The notes below the pieces were generated by a model. It ran no database searches and was not told where the DNA came from. It was given only the letters and a program-made list of their open reading frames with translations. From Terriglobales bacterium (GTDB lineage Bacteria; Acidobacteriota; Terriglobia; Terriglobales; Acidobacteriaceae), in contig JBAUUQ010000024.1 in the NCBI GenBank assembly GCA_049582765.1, positions 8,326-72,325 of the forward strand: DNA of 64,000 bases. Reading direction: 5' to 3'. Of the stretch, positions 1 to 9,469 are shown one piece after another. The position numbers and the translations under genes are program-made. Positions within the stretch are counted from its first letter, which is position 1. Each line of letters starts with the position of its first letter.

Positions 1-343
1 ACGGTACTATTTTCCAGACGCGATGGGGCATCAACACGGAGAGCCCGATTGAATGCCCTGCATGTCATACACTGCACGGGCAAATTCGCACCCCACGCAA
101 CTTACGACAGGCGCTGTGGGGTGGCTTCACTTGTGAACAGTGTGGCCTTGAAGTCGATAAGTGGAACCGTCCAATGTCAAACTAACCCGTTCCCTTTCAA
201 GGCAGCACTATACTCAGAAGCCGAAGCCTCGATTGGCGAGGACGCCGTTTCGCGACGCTCGGAACCCAAGTGGCATGCTCCGTTTCGGGAACTTTCCGCA
301 GATTGTTCATGCAATTCGCCTTTTCTTCGCTTAGGGATCAGTA

Positions 344-349
344 TATAAT
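344..349 (+). promoter_or_regulatory. Candidate -10 hexamer (TATAAT) upstream of recA
   Basis: Perfect TATAAT lies 47 nt upstream of the recA ATG (396). No convincing -35 was seen. Position-based guess only. Confidence 0.3.
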
Positions 350-395
350 CCGCCCTGAGTCATTCCCCGCTTGCAAAACGAAGGAGCCCTCTCAA

Positions 396-1505
396 ATGGC
401 CGACGAACGCGGTAAAGCAATTGATCTGGCCTTCGCGCAGATCGAAAAGCAGTTTGGCAAAGGCTCGATTATGCGGTTGGGATCGAAGGAAGCCATCGTT
501 CCCATCGCCGTGATCCCCACGGGCGCCATCTCGTTCGACGCCGCACTAGGTGTAGGAGGGTTCCCACGCGGGCGCGTGGTGGAGATCTTCGGTCCGGAAT
601 CTTCCGGGAAGACGACCATTGCTCTGCAAGTGATCGCGGAAGCGCAGAAGACCGGCGGCATGGCGGCCTTTGTCGATGCGGAGCATGCGCTCGATCCTGG
701 CTACGCGAAGAAGCTGGGCGTCGATGTCGACAACCTTTTGGTCTCACAACCTGACTACGGCGAGCAGGCGCTGGAGATTGCCGAAACTCTGGTACGTTCC
801 AACGCCATCGATGTGCTGGTCGTGGACTCCGTCGCGGCGCTGGTCCCGAAGGCCGAACTCGATGGCGAGATGGGCGACAGTCACATGGGACTGCAGGCGC
901 GGCTCATGTCGCAGGCTCTGCGCAAACTGACTGGAATCGTTTCCAAATCGCGTACCTGTCTGATTTTCATCAACCAGATTCGGGAAAAGATTGGTGTGAT
1001 GTTTGGCAATCCTGAAACCACCACCGGCGGCCGCGCCTTGAAATTTTATTCCTCGGTGCGCATCGATATTCGCCGCATCGCCGCCATCAAGGAAGGCGAT
1101 CTGGTCACGGGCTCCCGCACCAGGGTCAAAGTGGTGAAGAACAAAGTTGCAGCTCCTTTCCGGGAAGCAGAGTTCGACATCATGTACGGCGAGGGCATTT
1201 CGCGGGAAGGCGACCTGATCGATCTTGCGGTCTTGCACAACATCCTGGAGAAATCCGGCTCCTGGTTCAGCTACAAGGGAGAGCGCATCGGCCAGGGCCG
1301 CGAGAACGCCCGCCAGTTCCTCAAGGACAACAAAGACACGATGGCCAAACTCGAAGGTGAAGTCCGCAAGCAACTGGGACTGACGCCGTCCGCCGGTCCG
1401 ACAGCGACCGCATCATCCACGCCCGCAGCGGCTCCGACTGGACGCGTGACCACTATGCCCTCGGCAGCTCCGGAGCCGGTCAAGGTACCGGCAGCGAGGC
1501 GCTAG
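396..1505 (+). CDS. recA: Recombinase RecA
   Basis: ORF 270..1505 trimmed to ATG 396, which is preceded by AAGGAG (381-386). Walker [10 protein letters not shown]. Conserved RecA blocks [25 protein letters not shown] and [33 protein letters not shown]. Confidence 0.97.
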   Translation: MADERGKAIDLAFAQIEKQFGKGSIMRLGSKEAIVPIAVIPTGAISFDAALGVGGFPRGRVVEIFGPESSGKTTIALQVIAEAQKTGGMAAFVDAEHALDPGYAKKLGVDVDNLLVSQPDYGEQALEIAETLVRSNAIDVLVVDSVAALVPKAELDGEMGDSHMGLQARLMSQALRKLTGIVSKSRTCLIFINQIREKIGVMFGNPETTTGGRALKFYSSVRIDIRRIAAIKEGDLVTGSRTRVKVVKNKVAAPFREAEFDIMYGEGISREGDLIDLAVLHNILEKSGSWFSYKGERIGQGRENARQFLKDNKDTMAKLEGEVRKQLGLTPSAGPTATASSTPAAAPTGRVTTMPSAAPEPVKVPAARR

Positions 1506-1577
1506 GAATTCGAACGGCACGCGGGCGTCAGGCCCGGGCTGCTATGCCCATGCCCATCTCTTCGTCATCCCCACAAG

Positions 1578-1614
1578 AAAAACCCCACCGCTTTTAACGG
1601 TGGGGCGGTTTTGT
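1578..1614. terminator. Bidirectional intrinsic terminator between convergent recA and the S53 protease gene
   Basis: 8-bp GC-rich stem CCCCACCG (1583-1590) / CGGTGGGG (1598-1605) with a 7-nt loop. Flanked by an A-run upstream (AGAAAAA) and a T-rich tail downstream (CGGTTTTG), so it reads as hairpin plus U-tract on both strands. Confidence 0.7.
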
Positions 1615-1628
1615 CGTGCGCTCTTCTC

Positions 1629-3809
1629 TTACTTTACTGCGGCCGCAGTTCCAAAGAAATCGGCGAAGGCTTGCCCGTTAGGGGTTCCGACGCCGGTTAC
1701 GTTATCCCAACCCACTTTGGTTTTGAGGGCGTCGGAATCGGTGCAAAGCGTCCCGTAGAAATCGCTGGGAGGTTCAGCGGAGCAATCGGTCCCGAACGAG
1801 ATCACGAGCGAAGTGTACTGCTCATACGGATAGTCCCACAGGGCGCTGACGTAGTGTCCTGGCCCTGCGCCACCCAGCACGTCTTTTGCGCTGTAATGGT
1901 TCGTGAGGGTTGTCGACTCTTGAATGTTGGCCCTGACATTAGTTGCGGAGTTAACGGGAACGATATCGAAAATGGTCCCCGCCGGCATGGAGTAGAGGTA
2001 GGGAGCGGCTTGGCCAAGAGGCCCACCGCCGGCTGCTTCCGCTTCCTGATTGGCAATGGCCCAGAGTGCGGAGAACATCGGGCAAGCAACACTCGTTCCT
2101 CCGTATACCTGCCAGACCTGCGCCGGAACCTGGCCGGGAAGAGAAATCAGAATTGCGACCCCGGTGAACGGGTCCGCCAGCCAGGAAACATCGGGAAGTT
2201 GACGATATTTTCCTGCTATTCCATGCCCTCTCTGGTAGGACGGCTTGGGGAAGCCAGCCAGGCAATCGCCGTAAATGTCCTGCACGGCGCAGTTGCTGCC
2301 GCCCCCGCCCGCTCCCGCATAGAACCCAAAGGACAAAGGAGGATCGAAGATGTACCCGGCCTCCGACAGCAGAATTTCATTGTTGCCCCACCCAGCTTGC
2401 CAGGCGATCGACTTATCGTGATTCAGAGCCAAAGTGACGCCGCCGATTGCGGTGGAGTAAGGAGAGTCTGCCGGATAACTGACGGTTTGTTGAGGAGGAT
2501 AGAAGTCGAGGGAAAAGTCTCCGGCGTCGCCAGTGGAGAAGTTGGCGGAAATGCCGAGGACGGCCGCAATTTCCGACAGCAGGCTGCCGTTTTGCAGTTC
2601 ACTGGCGTAGACGAAGGCCTCGGGAGCGCCGTAGCTGCCCGAGATTACGTTGCCCAGACCGGAGTCGATGGTAATGTATTCGGCTTCGTCAATGTCCTGG
2701 AAGTAGCTGCTGGGAGGAACGATCAGGTTGATGCTGGCGCCGGGAGCGACCGCATGGGCCCACTCGACGTCAATGTTGATTTCGGCATCGTCGATGCTTT
2801 CGCAAAGACTGGGTCCGGGGATGTTGATGATGCCAAAATTCGCCGGAGTCAGCGCCGGGAGGCCGAACTTCTTCGCAAATGCATTGGCATCAGATTCAAT
2901 GGTAGACGATCCGCACCAGTCGATGATGGCCACGGTCTGACCGGTGCCGTCGAACCCTTCGGCGTACAGGCCGGTCAAGTTGTATGCCGTCTGGATGGCC
3001 GGCGGAGTATAGGCGCAGCCTGCGCTGCTCAGAGTTTGCAGATTCAGGTGGTTCCCCTTGAATGTCCCGATGGGAAACGAGCCGTCATTGTTATTGGAAA
3101 ACGATTCCTTTTCCACGCCGTCAAAGCAATTCGAGGAGAAGAAATTCGAGTCAGGCTGGACGGGGTTGGTATTCACGGCAGGTGTCTGGCCGCCGAGAAG
3201 AGCGGTCTGACGGGAAATCAACGGATGCTCGTACTTGCCGGAATCCAGTCCGGCAACGGATCTCACCAGGGGCGAGGCATCGCCATCGACGTAAGGATCG
3301 CGGTCGTTGGCACGGATGGTCTTGCCGTTCACCTGATAGTTATTGAGCTGCACATGGAACGCGTTTTCGACGTCCCCGGCGGTTCCGCGCGCCCTCACGA
3401 AGAAATTGTTCGGCCCGACTTTGACGACCGTCATGTTATGAGCTTCAAAGAATTTCTGGACTGTTTTTGCCTCTGCGGCCGTGGGTGCGAACCGGGTGGC
3501 AAATTGAGAACGGGTCAGCCAGTGGCGATAGTTGGGAGAGTTACGGTCGTAAAGCTGACTGGCCAGAGCATCGAGCTGGCTCCGATTGTGTGGGTTGAGC
3601 CAGATGCTGACCTCGATGGTCTGGTTCGCATCGACTGTTCCCAGATTTTTTGCGTGGGCAACGTAACCAGGCGTATTGTTCGCAACGAACCTGCCGGTTG
3701 CTGCGCCGGCTGGCAAGGCCATGCAAGCGACCAAGGCCGCGAGCATGAGATACAACCCGGCCGTCCGCACGCGGCCGAGCGTCACTGCTGAGTTCACTGC
3801 TGTTTTCAT
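1629..3809 (-). CDS. Secreted S53 (sedolisin/kumamolisin-type) serine protease with pro-enzyme activation domain
   Basis: N-terminal signal peptide (LYLMLAALVACMALPAGAA). Pro-kumamolisin-like activation region (HNRSQLDALASQLYDRNSPNYRHWLT). Sedolisin catalytic Ser motif GGTSVACP. AGGAGG RBS upstream of ATG 3809. Confidence 0.9.
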   Translation of the reverse strand: MKTAVNSAVTLGRVRTAGLYLMLAALVACMALPAGAATGRFVANNTPGYVAHAKNLGTVDANQTIEVSIWLNPHNRSQLDALASQLYDRNSPNYRHWLTRSQFATRFAPTAAEAKTVQKFFEAHNMTVVKVGPNNFFVRARGTAGDVENAFHVQLNNYQVNGKTIRANDRDPYVDGDASPLVRSVAGLDSGKYEHPLISRQTALLGGQTPAVNTNPVQPDSNFFSSNCFDGVEKESFSNNNDGSFPIGTFKGNHLNLQTLSSAGCAYTPPAIQTAYNLTGLYAEGFDGTGQTVAIIDWCGSSTIESDANAFAKKFGLPALTPANFGIINIPGPSLCESIDDAEINIDVEWAHAVAPGASINLIVPPSSYFQDIDEAEYITIDSGLGNVISGSYGAPEAFVYASELQNGSLLSEIAAVLGISANFSTGDAGDFSLDFYPPQQTVSYPADSPYSTAIGGVTLALNHDKSIAWQAGWGNNEILLSEAGYIFDPPLSFGFYAGAGGGGSNCAVQDIYGDCLAGFPKPSYQRGHGIAGKYRQLPDVSWLADPFTGVAILISLPGQVPAQVWQVYGGTSVACPMFSALWAIANQEAEAAGGGPLGQAAPYLYSMPAGTIFDIVPVNSATNVRANIQESTTLTNHYSAKDVLGGAGPGHYVSALWDYPYEQYTSLVISFGTDCSAEPPSDFYGTLCTDSDALKTKVGWDNVTGVGTPNGQAFADFFGTAAAVK

Positions 3810-4138
3810 ATGAGTCTGCTTCCTCCTGGAAGTTGGTTAGAGAAGCACTTACACATGTGGTTAGCTAGACTGCACACTGGGTCACACCGTCGAGGATGGT
3901 CTGCTGTGAGTCGCCCCGTTGCTGAGAATCCCTGGAGTGGCGCGACAGGTCAGGTGTCCCATCAGCGAACGGCCGCCATGCTAGCGGAGTTTGCCGGTGA
4001 ATAGCAATAACTTACAGGACAATATTTCCAGATGCTCAGGATTGTATATTGGTAGTGTGCACTATTTTGCAGTAGTAGGGTTAAGCGTTCCGTAACCATC
4101 CGATGGATGGTTAGGTAAACCTGACGGTACTCCGAAGA

Positions 4139-5077
4139 TCAACGCACCAGCCACTCAGTGACTGCGTGCATGGCGGTGAGTGCGGAGCCATAGGTGCCGA
4201 CTACGAGGAGAAAAGCCGCCAAAGCGGGAGGCAACACGTAGTAAAGGTTGAGGGACGCGGGGGTAGAACGGTTCTGTTCCCAGGAGAAAAGACGCTGCAC
4301 GCGCAAGCTTAACGCGGTCGAGCTGTGCAGTAACGCGCTGGTGAACTCGATTTGCAGCGAGCGCAGCCGGGAAACTTTGATCAGAGCTGCAGCCAGGTCC
4401 AGCGCCTCGCGAGGACTGGACACGGCTGCGTCGTCAGCGGCCAACTCCGCCTGCTCTGACCACACACCTTCCAGACCTTTCATGCCCGGAAACACTGCCA
4501 GCCGGAACAGGAGCCTCTTCAAGTTGTCGTAGGAGCGTACGTGAGCCACCTCGTGCTCCAACGCGGAGCGCAGCTCGTGCGGCGTCAGCACCGAAAGCGC
4601 TGCCTCTGAAACCAAAACCCTGGGCGCTCGCACTCCCGCCAAGATAAGGGCCGGCGCGTCTGTGCTGATGCGAAAAACCGGTACTGACTTGCCCGCTTCT
4701 ACTACAGTGGAATCAGCCAGCCATTTGGTGAGCGCACGAGAAGTTCTGAGCTGCGCCAGCACGGTCTGGAAGACTCCTCCGGCAAGCAGCATCAGGCAGC
4801 AAAGACCCAGCAGTAAGGGAGCGGTACCGACGGGCTCATTGATAGAACGGGGCTCGAGCAAGAGAAACGAAGGCAGGGTGAACAACAACGTAAAAAGCGC
4901 AGCCAGGACGAGCGGTGCCAGCCGCATGGCGAACAACAGGTTCGCCGATCTCCGCGCGGATTGTGGCCGAACACCACGCCACAGCGGCTTCCAGACGAGA
5001 CAAATCGTTATTGACGCCGTCGCATAGAGCAGTACAAACACGGCCAGCGAAATTCCGATGCAGCGGGCGGCAAACAT
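4139..5077 (-). CDS. M56 family (BlaR1/MecR1-like) membrane metalloprotease lacking a C-terminal sensor domain
   Basis: Multiple TM helices and an HEXXH zinc motif (LEHEVAHVRSYD) in the BlaR1 arrangement. Only 312 aa. Its ATG shares one base with the stop of the upstream blaI-like gene (TGATG). Confidence 0.85.
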   Translation of the reverse strand: MFAARCIGISLAVFVLLYATASITICLVWKPLWRGVRPQSARRSANLLFAMRLAPLVLAALFTLLFTLPSFLLLEPRSINEPVGTAPLLLGLCCLMLLAGGVFQTVLAQLRTSRALTKWLADSTVVEAGKSVPVFRISTDAPALILAGVRAPRVLVSEAALSVLTPHELRSALEHEVAHVRSYDNLKRLLFRLAVFPGMKGLEGVWSEQAELAADDAAVSSPREALDLAAALIKVSRLRSLQIEFTSALLHSSTALSLRVQRLFSWEQNRSTPASLNLYYVLPPALAAFLLVVGTYGSALTAMHAVTEWLVR

Positions 5078-5517
5078 CAGGGCTCCTCTCTCCTTGGCTC
5101 CCGCTCACGTAGCTCGCGGCGCTTCTCGTCCACCAATTGCTGCAGATCATCCAGGAGACGGACATCATGGTCGCTCACTGCTTCCACCAGATAAGAAAGA
5201 GGCAACGCGGAGGAAGGACTTGACTCCAGCAGCTGCCGGATGGTCTCCCCGGCGGCAGCCTTCTCCAGTTCCTGCCGGGTGTAACGGGGTGAGTATCGGA
5301 ATGCTTTGCCCTCAGACACCCGATCCAGCAGCCTCTTCTTGTAAAGCCGGTCGAGAGTGGTCATTACGGTTGTGTAAGCCAGATTCAGCTTTGTCCCATC
5401 GATCAGCTCACGGACGGTAGCGTTCTTACACCGCCACAATTCTTTCAGCAGTTGCTGCTCAAGCGGCCCAAGCCGGGTCCTCGCTGGAGGCCAGAGTAAA
5501 CGGTAGATAGTGTTCAT
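5077..5517 (-). CDS. BlaI/MecI/CopY family winged-helix transcriptional repressor
   Basis: ORF 5077..5601 trimmed to ATG 5517. Family blocks LGPLEQQLLKELW, TVRELI and AYTTVMTTLDRLYKKRLLDR. Translationally coupled to the M56 gene. Confidence 0.88.
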   Translation of the reverse strand: MNTIYRLLWPPARTRLGPLEQQLLKELWRCKNATVRELIDGTKLNLAYTTVMTTLDRLYKKRLLDRVSEGKAFRYSPRYTRQELEKAAAGETIRQLLESSPSSALPLSYLVEAVSDHDVRLLDDLQQLVDEKRRELREREPRREEP

Positions 5518-5690
5518 GGAGAGCGCCGCCCAAGGCTGTTTGGCAACTCGACGATTGCCGTGCCAGAATCCGAAACCTAAGGACAGCAAGATATCCCACA
5601 ATCACCCCGCTGGCAAGCCGAGAGTGTTGTCCGTTGGCCCCTCTGGGGATGCGATTGACAGGGCGGTGCAGGGCAACATAGGCTGCCGCT

Positions 5691-7547
5691 ATGACAACCG
5701 GACCGGAAGGTTCGAGATTCAAGGCAAGCCGAAGCCTCGCGCCAAGACATTTGCTGCTGGCAGTCTTGTCGATCAGTTTGGCCGCGGCATCCTCCCTGTT
5801 TGCGGCTACGGGCACGGCCGACCCACAGCGTTATCTGAACGACATCAAGAACCTGAGCGCTCCCACCATGGAAGGACGCGGTGCCGGAACCAAGGGGATT
5901 GCCCGGGCGGCCCACCTCCTCGCTGCACGCTACAAAAGTCTTGGATTGAAGCCTGCCGGGACGAATTCCTACTTTCAGCCATTCACCGTGATTACGGGTG
6001 CCCGGATCAAAGGCAACAACCATCTGATGGTGGAAACCGGGAGCGAAAAGAGAGCCTTCAAGATCCATCAGGACTACGTTCCTTTCAGTTTCTCCGCCTC
6101 CGGGTCGGTCACTGGCCCGCTGGTATTCGCTGGGTACGGGGCTTCCGCCGATGAGTTCAAATACGATGACTACGGCGACGTTGACGTGAAGGACAAAATC
6201 GTCGTTTTACTTCGCTATGAACCGGAAGGCTTCGCCGCCAAGAGCGGACATGCGGGTCTGACGCAGCACGCGCAGTTGGTCACTAAGGCAATCAATGCCC
6301 GGAATCGCGGCGCAAAAGCGGTGGTTCTCCTCAACGGCAAACTGGCTGGCGACGAGGAAGATTTGCTGACGCGGTTTGGCAGCGTGAGCGGGCCCGAAGA
6401 CGTCGGCATCGTTTTCATTCAGGTGCGGAATGCAGTCGCGGAAGGTTGGTTTCAGGCGGCGGGGAAGTCGCTCACTGACGTCCAAAAGCAGATTAATGCC
6501 ACCACCACACCTGGTTCTTTCGTTTTCCCCCCAAATCTGCGGATTTCGATAAACGTCGGTATCCAGAGCACTCAAGCCAAGGTGAACAACGTGCTGGCGT
6601 ATCTGCCCGGGAAAACGGATGAGTATGTCATTATCGGCGCGCACTACGATCACCTCGGACGGGGCAACATTGACTCGCTGGCGCCGTCGCAGATTGGACA
6701 GATTCACCCCGGCGCCGACGACAATGCCTCCGGCACCGCCGGCGTGCTGGAACTCGCCCGCCTCTTCGCTCCCCTGCGAGGACAAATGCAGCGCGGCGTT
6801 CTATTCGCTTCGTTCGCGGGAGAGGAACTCGGCCTGCTCGGCTCCGCCCACTGGGTGAAGGAACCCACTCTTCCACTCGACAAGTGTCTCGCCATGCTGA
6901 ACATGGACATGATCGGGAGAATCAAGGACAAGAAAGTGTTTATCGGAGGCGTGGGCACGGGCTCCACCTTCAAACCACTGCTCGAGCAGGCGAGCGGCAA
7001 GGCGGACTTGAAGCTGGAATATTCGGCCAGCGGCTTCGCAGCCAGCGATCACACTTCGTTTGTGACCAAGAAGATCCCGGTCCTGTTTTTCTTCTCGGGT
7101 TTGCACTCCGACTACCACAAACCGTCCGATACCTGGGACAAAATCAATCCGAATGACGCTGTCGATTTGCTCGATCTCGTTTCGAACGTGGCGACGCAGC
7201 TGGCGGACGCCGCGGAACGGCCCGCATTCCTCACAGTGGTGGAAGACCGGCCTGGACCGGCGAGCGGCGGGGGCGGAGGCTACGGACCCTATTTCGGATC
7301 GATTCCGGATTTCGGGCAAGTGGAGAATGGAGTGCGGTTTTCCGATGTTCGCCCCGGTTCCCCGTCCGCAAAAGCCGGGTTCAAGGGTGGCGATGTGCTG
7401 GTCCAATTCGGAGACAAGCCGATCAAGAACCTCTACGACTTCACCGATGCCCTGCGCCGCAGCAAGGTGGGCGACGAGGTGGAAGTCAAGGTGTTGCGGG
7501 ATGGTCAACCGATCACGGCGAAAGTCAAACTGGAACAGCGCAAGTAG
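5691..7547 (+). CDS. Secreted M28 family aminopeptidase with PA-like insert and C-terminal PDZ domain
   Basis: Signal peptide. M28 metal-ligand blocks (GAHYDHLG, ADDNASGTAGVLELAR, GEELGLLGS, DHTSF). C-terminal PDZ-like segment (VRPGSPSAKAGFKGGDVLVQFGDKPIKNLYDF...VKVLRDGQ). Confidence 0.88.
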   Translation: MTTGPEGSRFKASRSLAPRHLLLAVLSISLAAASSLFAATGTADPQRYLNDIKNLSAPTMEGRGAGTKGIARAAHLLAARYKSLGLKPAGTNSYFQPFTVITGARIKGNNHLMVETGSEKRAFKIHQDYVPFSFSASGSVTGPLVFAGYGASADEFKYDDYGDVDVKDKIVVLLRYEPEGFAAKSGHAGLTQHAQLVTKAINARNRGAKAVVLLNGKLAGDEEDLLTRFGSVSGPEDVGIVFIQVRNAVAEGWFQAAGKSLTDVQKQINATTTPGSFVFPPNLRISINVGIQSTQAKVNNVLAYLPGKTDEYVIIGAHYDHLGRGNIDSLAPSQIGQIHPGADDNASGTAGVLELARLFAPLRGQMQRGVLFASFAGEELGLLGSAHWVKEPTLPLDKCLAMLNMDMIGRIKDKKVFIGGVGTGSTFKPLLEQASGKADLKLEYSASGFAASDHTSFVTKKIPVLFFFSGLHSDYHKPSDTWDKINPNDAVDLLDLVSNVATQLADAAERPAFLTVVEDRPGPASGGGGGYGPYFGSIPDFGQVENGVRFSDVRPGSPSAKAGFKGGDVLVQFGDKPIKNLYDFTDALRRSKVGDEVEVKVLRDGQPITAKVKLEQRK

Positions 7548-7577
7548 ATTACGGGCTTCAATCAACAAGGAACCGAG

Positions 7578-8462
7578 ATGCGGCACGCGATTCTGGGAGC
7601 GGGCGGGGTGGGCGGACTGATCGGGGCTTGCCTGGCGAAGTCGGGCGACTCGGTCACGCTGGTAGTCAGAAGCGAGGTTCTGGGCTCATACCCGAAGCAG
7701 GTTTACTTGGAGAGTCCGTTCGGGAATATTACTGTGTCCGTGGAACTCAGTTCGACAGTCCCCGCCGCGGATGTGGTTTGGATCACGGTCAAGGCAACGC
7801 AGCTCAGTTCCGCTTTGATGTCGTTCTCCGAAAACGCTTCCGTTCGCGCCATTGTTCCCCTGCTCAACGGCATCGACCACGTCCCGTTATTGCGCGAGAA
7901 GTATGGCGTGAATCGAGTCATCCCCGCCACCATCGGGGTGGAATCGGAGCGGGTCTCGCCGGGCCACTTCGTTCACCGCTCTCCGTTTGCGCGGCTAAAC
8001 ATTTCGTCGCAGGGCCGGGAGGTGCTAAAGGACTCGGTTGCGCGTCTCGAGCAGTTGGGTTTTACCTGCCAGTTCGTGGATAACGAACCGACCTTGCTCT
8101 GGAGGAAGCTGGTGTTTCTTGCTCCGCTGGCTCTGGTCTCCACCGCCACCGGCAAATCCACCGGCGAGATGGTGGCCGACCCAACATCTTGGCAGCAGAT
8201 CCAGGACTGCGTGCGGGAGGCCTGCACGGCGGCGCGAGCAGAAAAGGCAGAGGTTGATGCTGAAGCCGTGATCGCGATGATCCGAACCATCCCGGGACAC
8301 ATGCGCAGTTCGATGCAGAAGGATGTGAAGCAACATAAGCAGCCGGAACTCGATGCCATCGCCGGTCCCATTCTCAGGGGCGCAGCTCGCCACGGCTTCG
8401 ATGTTCCGGTCACGCGCAAGTTGGTGGCCGAGATTGAGGAAAAGGTGGCGCAGTATAAGTAA
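7578..8462 (+). CDS. Ketopantoate reductase (PanE/ApbA) family oxidoreductase
   Basis: N-terminal Rossmann motif ILGAGGVGGLIG. Overall ApbA/PanE-like length and layout. Orthology to true panE is not established. Confidence 0.8.
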   Translation: MRHAILGAGGVGGLIGACLAKSGDSVTLVVRSEVLGSYPKQVYLESPFGNITVSVELSSTVPAADVVWITVKATQLSSALMSFSENASVRAIVPLLNGIDHVPLLREKYGVNRVIPATIGVESERVSPGHFVHRSPFARLNISSQGREVLKDSVARLEQLGFTCQFVDNEPTLLWRKLVFLAPLALVSTATGKSTGEMVADPTSWQQIQDCVREACTAARAEKAEVDAEAVIAMIRTIPGHMRSSMQKDVKQHKQPELDAIAGPILRGAARHGFDVPVTRKLVAEIEEKVAQYK

Positions 8463-8514
8463 CGAATGCGGAGATGCGAACGGCGCTTCTTCAATCCCGC
8501 CTAGCCTGCAAGTT

Positions 8515-9354
8515 CTATTTCCGTGCCGTTATCACGGTGTAAGTCAGATCGCCCGCCTCGAACGCGCCCCTTATGACCGGTAACGCATCCACAAAAGATC
8601 GAGCTTCCGGGAGAAAGAAAGAGAGAAGAATCCGGAACCTGTGCGCCCGCTGCTGACAAATGTCCCAGGTTTTTACCACGCTTGTCGTCAGGTCGGATTT
8701 TGTCTCGAGGTGGAGCCCTGTGCTGATGAGTAAATCTCCATAGTTCTCTGCCGTCAACAATGATGGGCAAAGAAAGCGCTCGGCCACGGTCCGAATGGCT
8801 GGCTTTGTCATCGACCCTGTCCATGCAGCGAGCAATAACTGACCGGCGGGCCGGAGTGTACGCTGGATACTGGCGAAGAAGGCCGGTTTGTCGAAGAGAT
8901 GTTCAGTGGATTCCATGGCCCACACCAGATCGTAAGCCTCAGCCGGAAAGCTGGCCTGCTCCGCATCCCGCACGGAGACCGAGACTTTGTTGCCGCACCT
9001 CGTCACCCGAGTCTTGAAACGAATGATGACAGCCTGCCTCGAACTGACAGTAATGCCATCGACGCTATAACCCAACCTGGACGCAAGATAGAACATCGTG
9101 CCACCATGCCCACAACCCACATCGAGCACTCGACGCGAACCGGGCTGCAGGCCAAGCTGGGCCGAACAGAAGTCCAGCATGCGCCTCTGGGCAGCCCGCG
9201 GATTCGAGGCTCCTGGAGAGAAGATACCGTGGTGAAGATGGGAACCCCAGAATAGTTGGTAGACCAGCGCCATGGAGTCGTAATGCTGCGCTATGGCACC
9301 GGGCCGGATTATCGCTGGCGAACCTTCTCCGTGCAGGCTGGATGCCATCTCCAA
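8515..9354 (-). CDS. Class I SAM-dependent methyltransferase
   Basis: Motif I VLDVGCGHGG followed by the typical post-I acidic residue and motif II/III spacing. 279 aa. Confidence 0.8.
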   Translation of the reverse strand: MEMASSLHGEGSPAIIRPGAIAQHYDSMALVYQLFWGSHLHHGIFSPGASNPRAAQRRMLDFCSAQLGLQPGSRRVLDVGCGHGGTMFYLASRLGYSVDGITVSSRQAVIIRFKTRVTRCGNKVSVSVRDAEQASFPAEAYDLVWAMESTEHLFDKPAFFASIQRTLRPAGQLLLAAWTGSMTKPAIRTVAERFLCPSLLTAENYGDLLISTGLHLETKSDLTTSVVKTWDICQQRAHRFRILLSFFLPEARSFVDALPVIRGAFEAGDLTYTVITARK

Positions 9355-9469
9355 AATATACGGAAGACGAGAACGAAGAAAAAGATGCCTTGAAGGGTTA
9401 TATGCCTATTGCTGCCCCGCAGCCCTCTAATCTCCGGACTTTTCTTGACGGTTGCTGTAAATTTGCAGG

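Noticed and set aside
270-395. N-terminal 42-aa extension of recA in the ORF track
   Set aside because: RecA homologues begin at MA(D/I)E...KAL. ATG 396 has a strong AAGGAG RBS, and the extension covers the likely promoter.
1611-3791. 726-aa ORF on the plus strand, exactly the same length as the S53 protease gene it mirrors
   Set aside because: Its translation is Arg/Gly/Val-rich with no motifs, whereas the minus-strand frame has a signal peptide, an RBS and sedolisin motifs. Long stop-free antisense frames are a known by-product of GC-rich codon bias.
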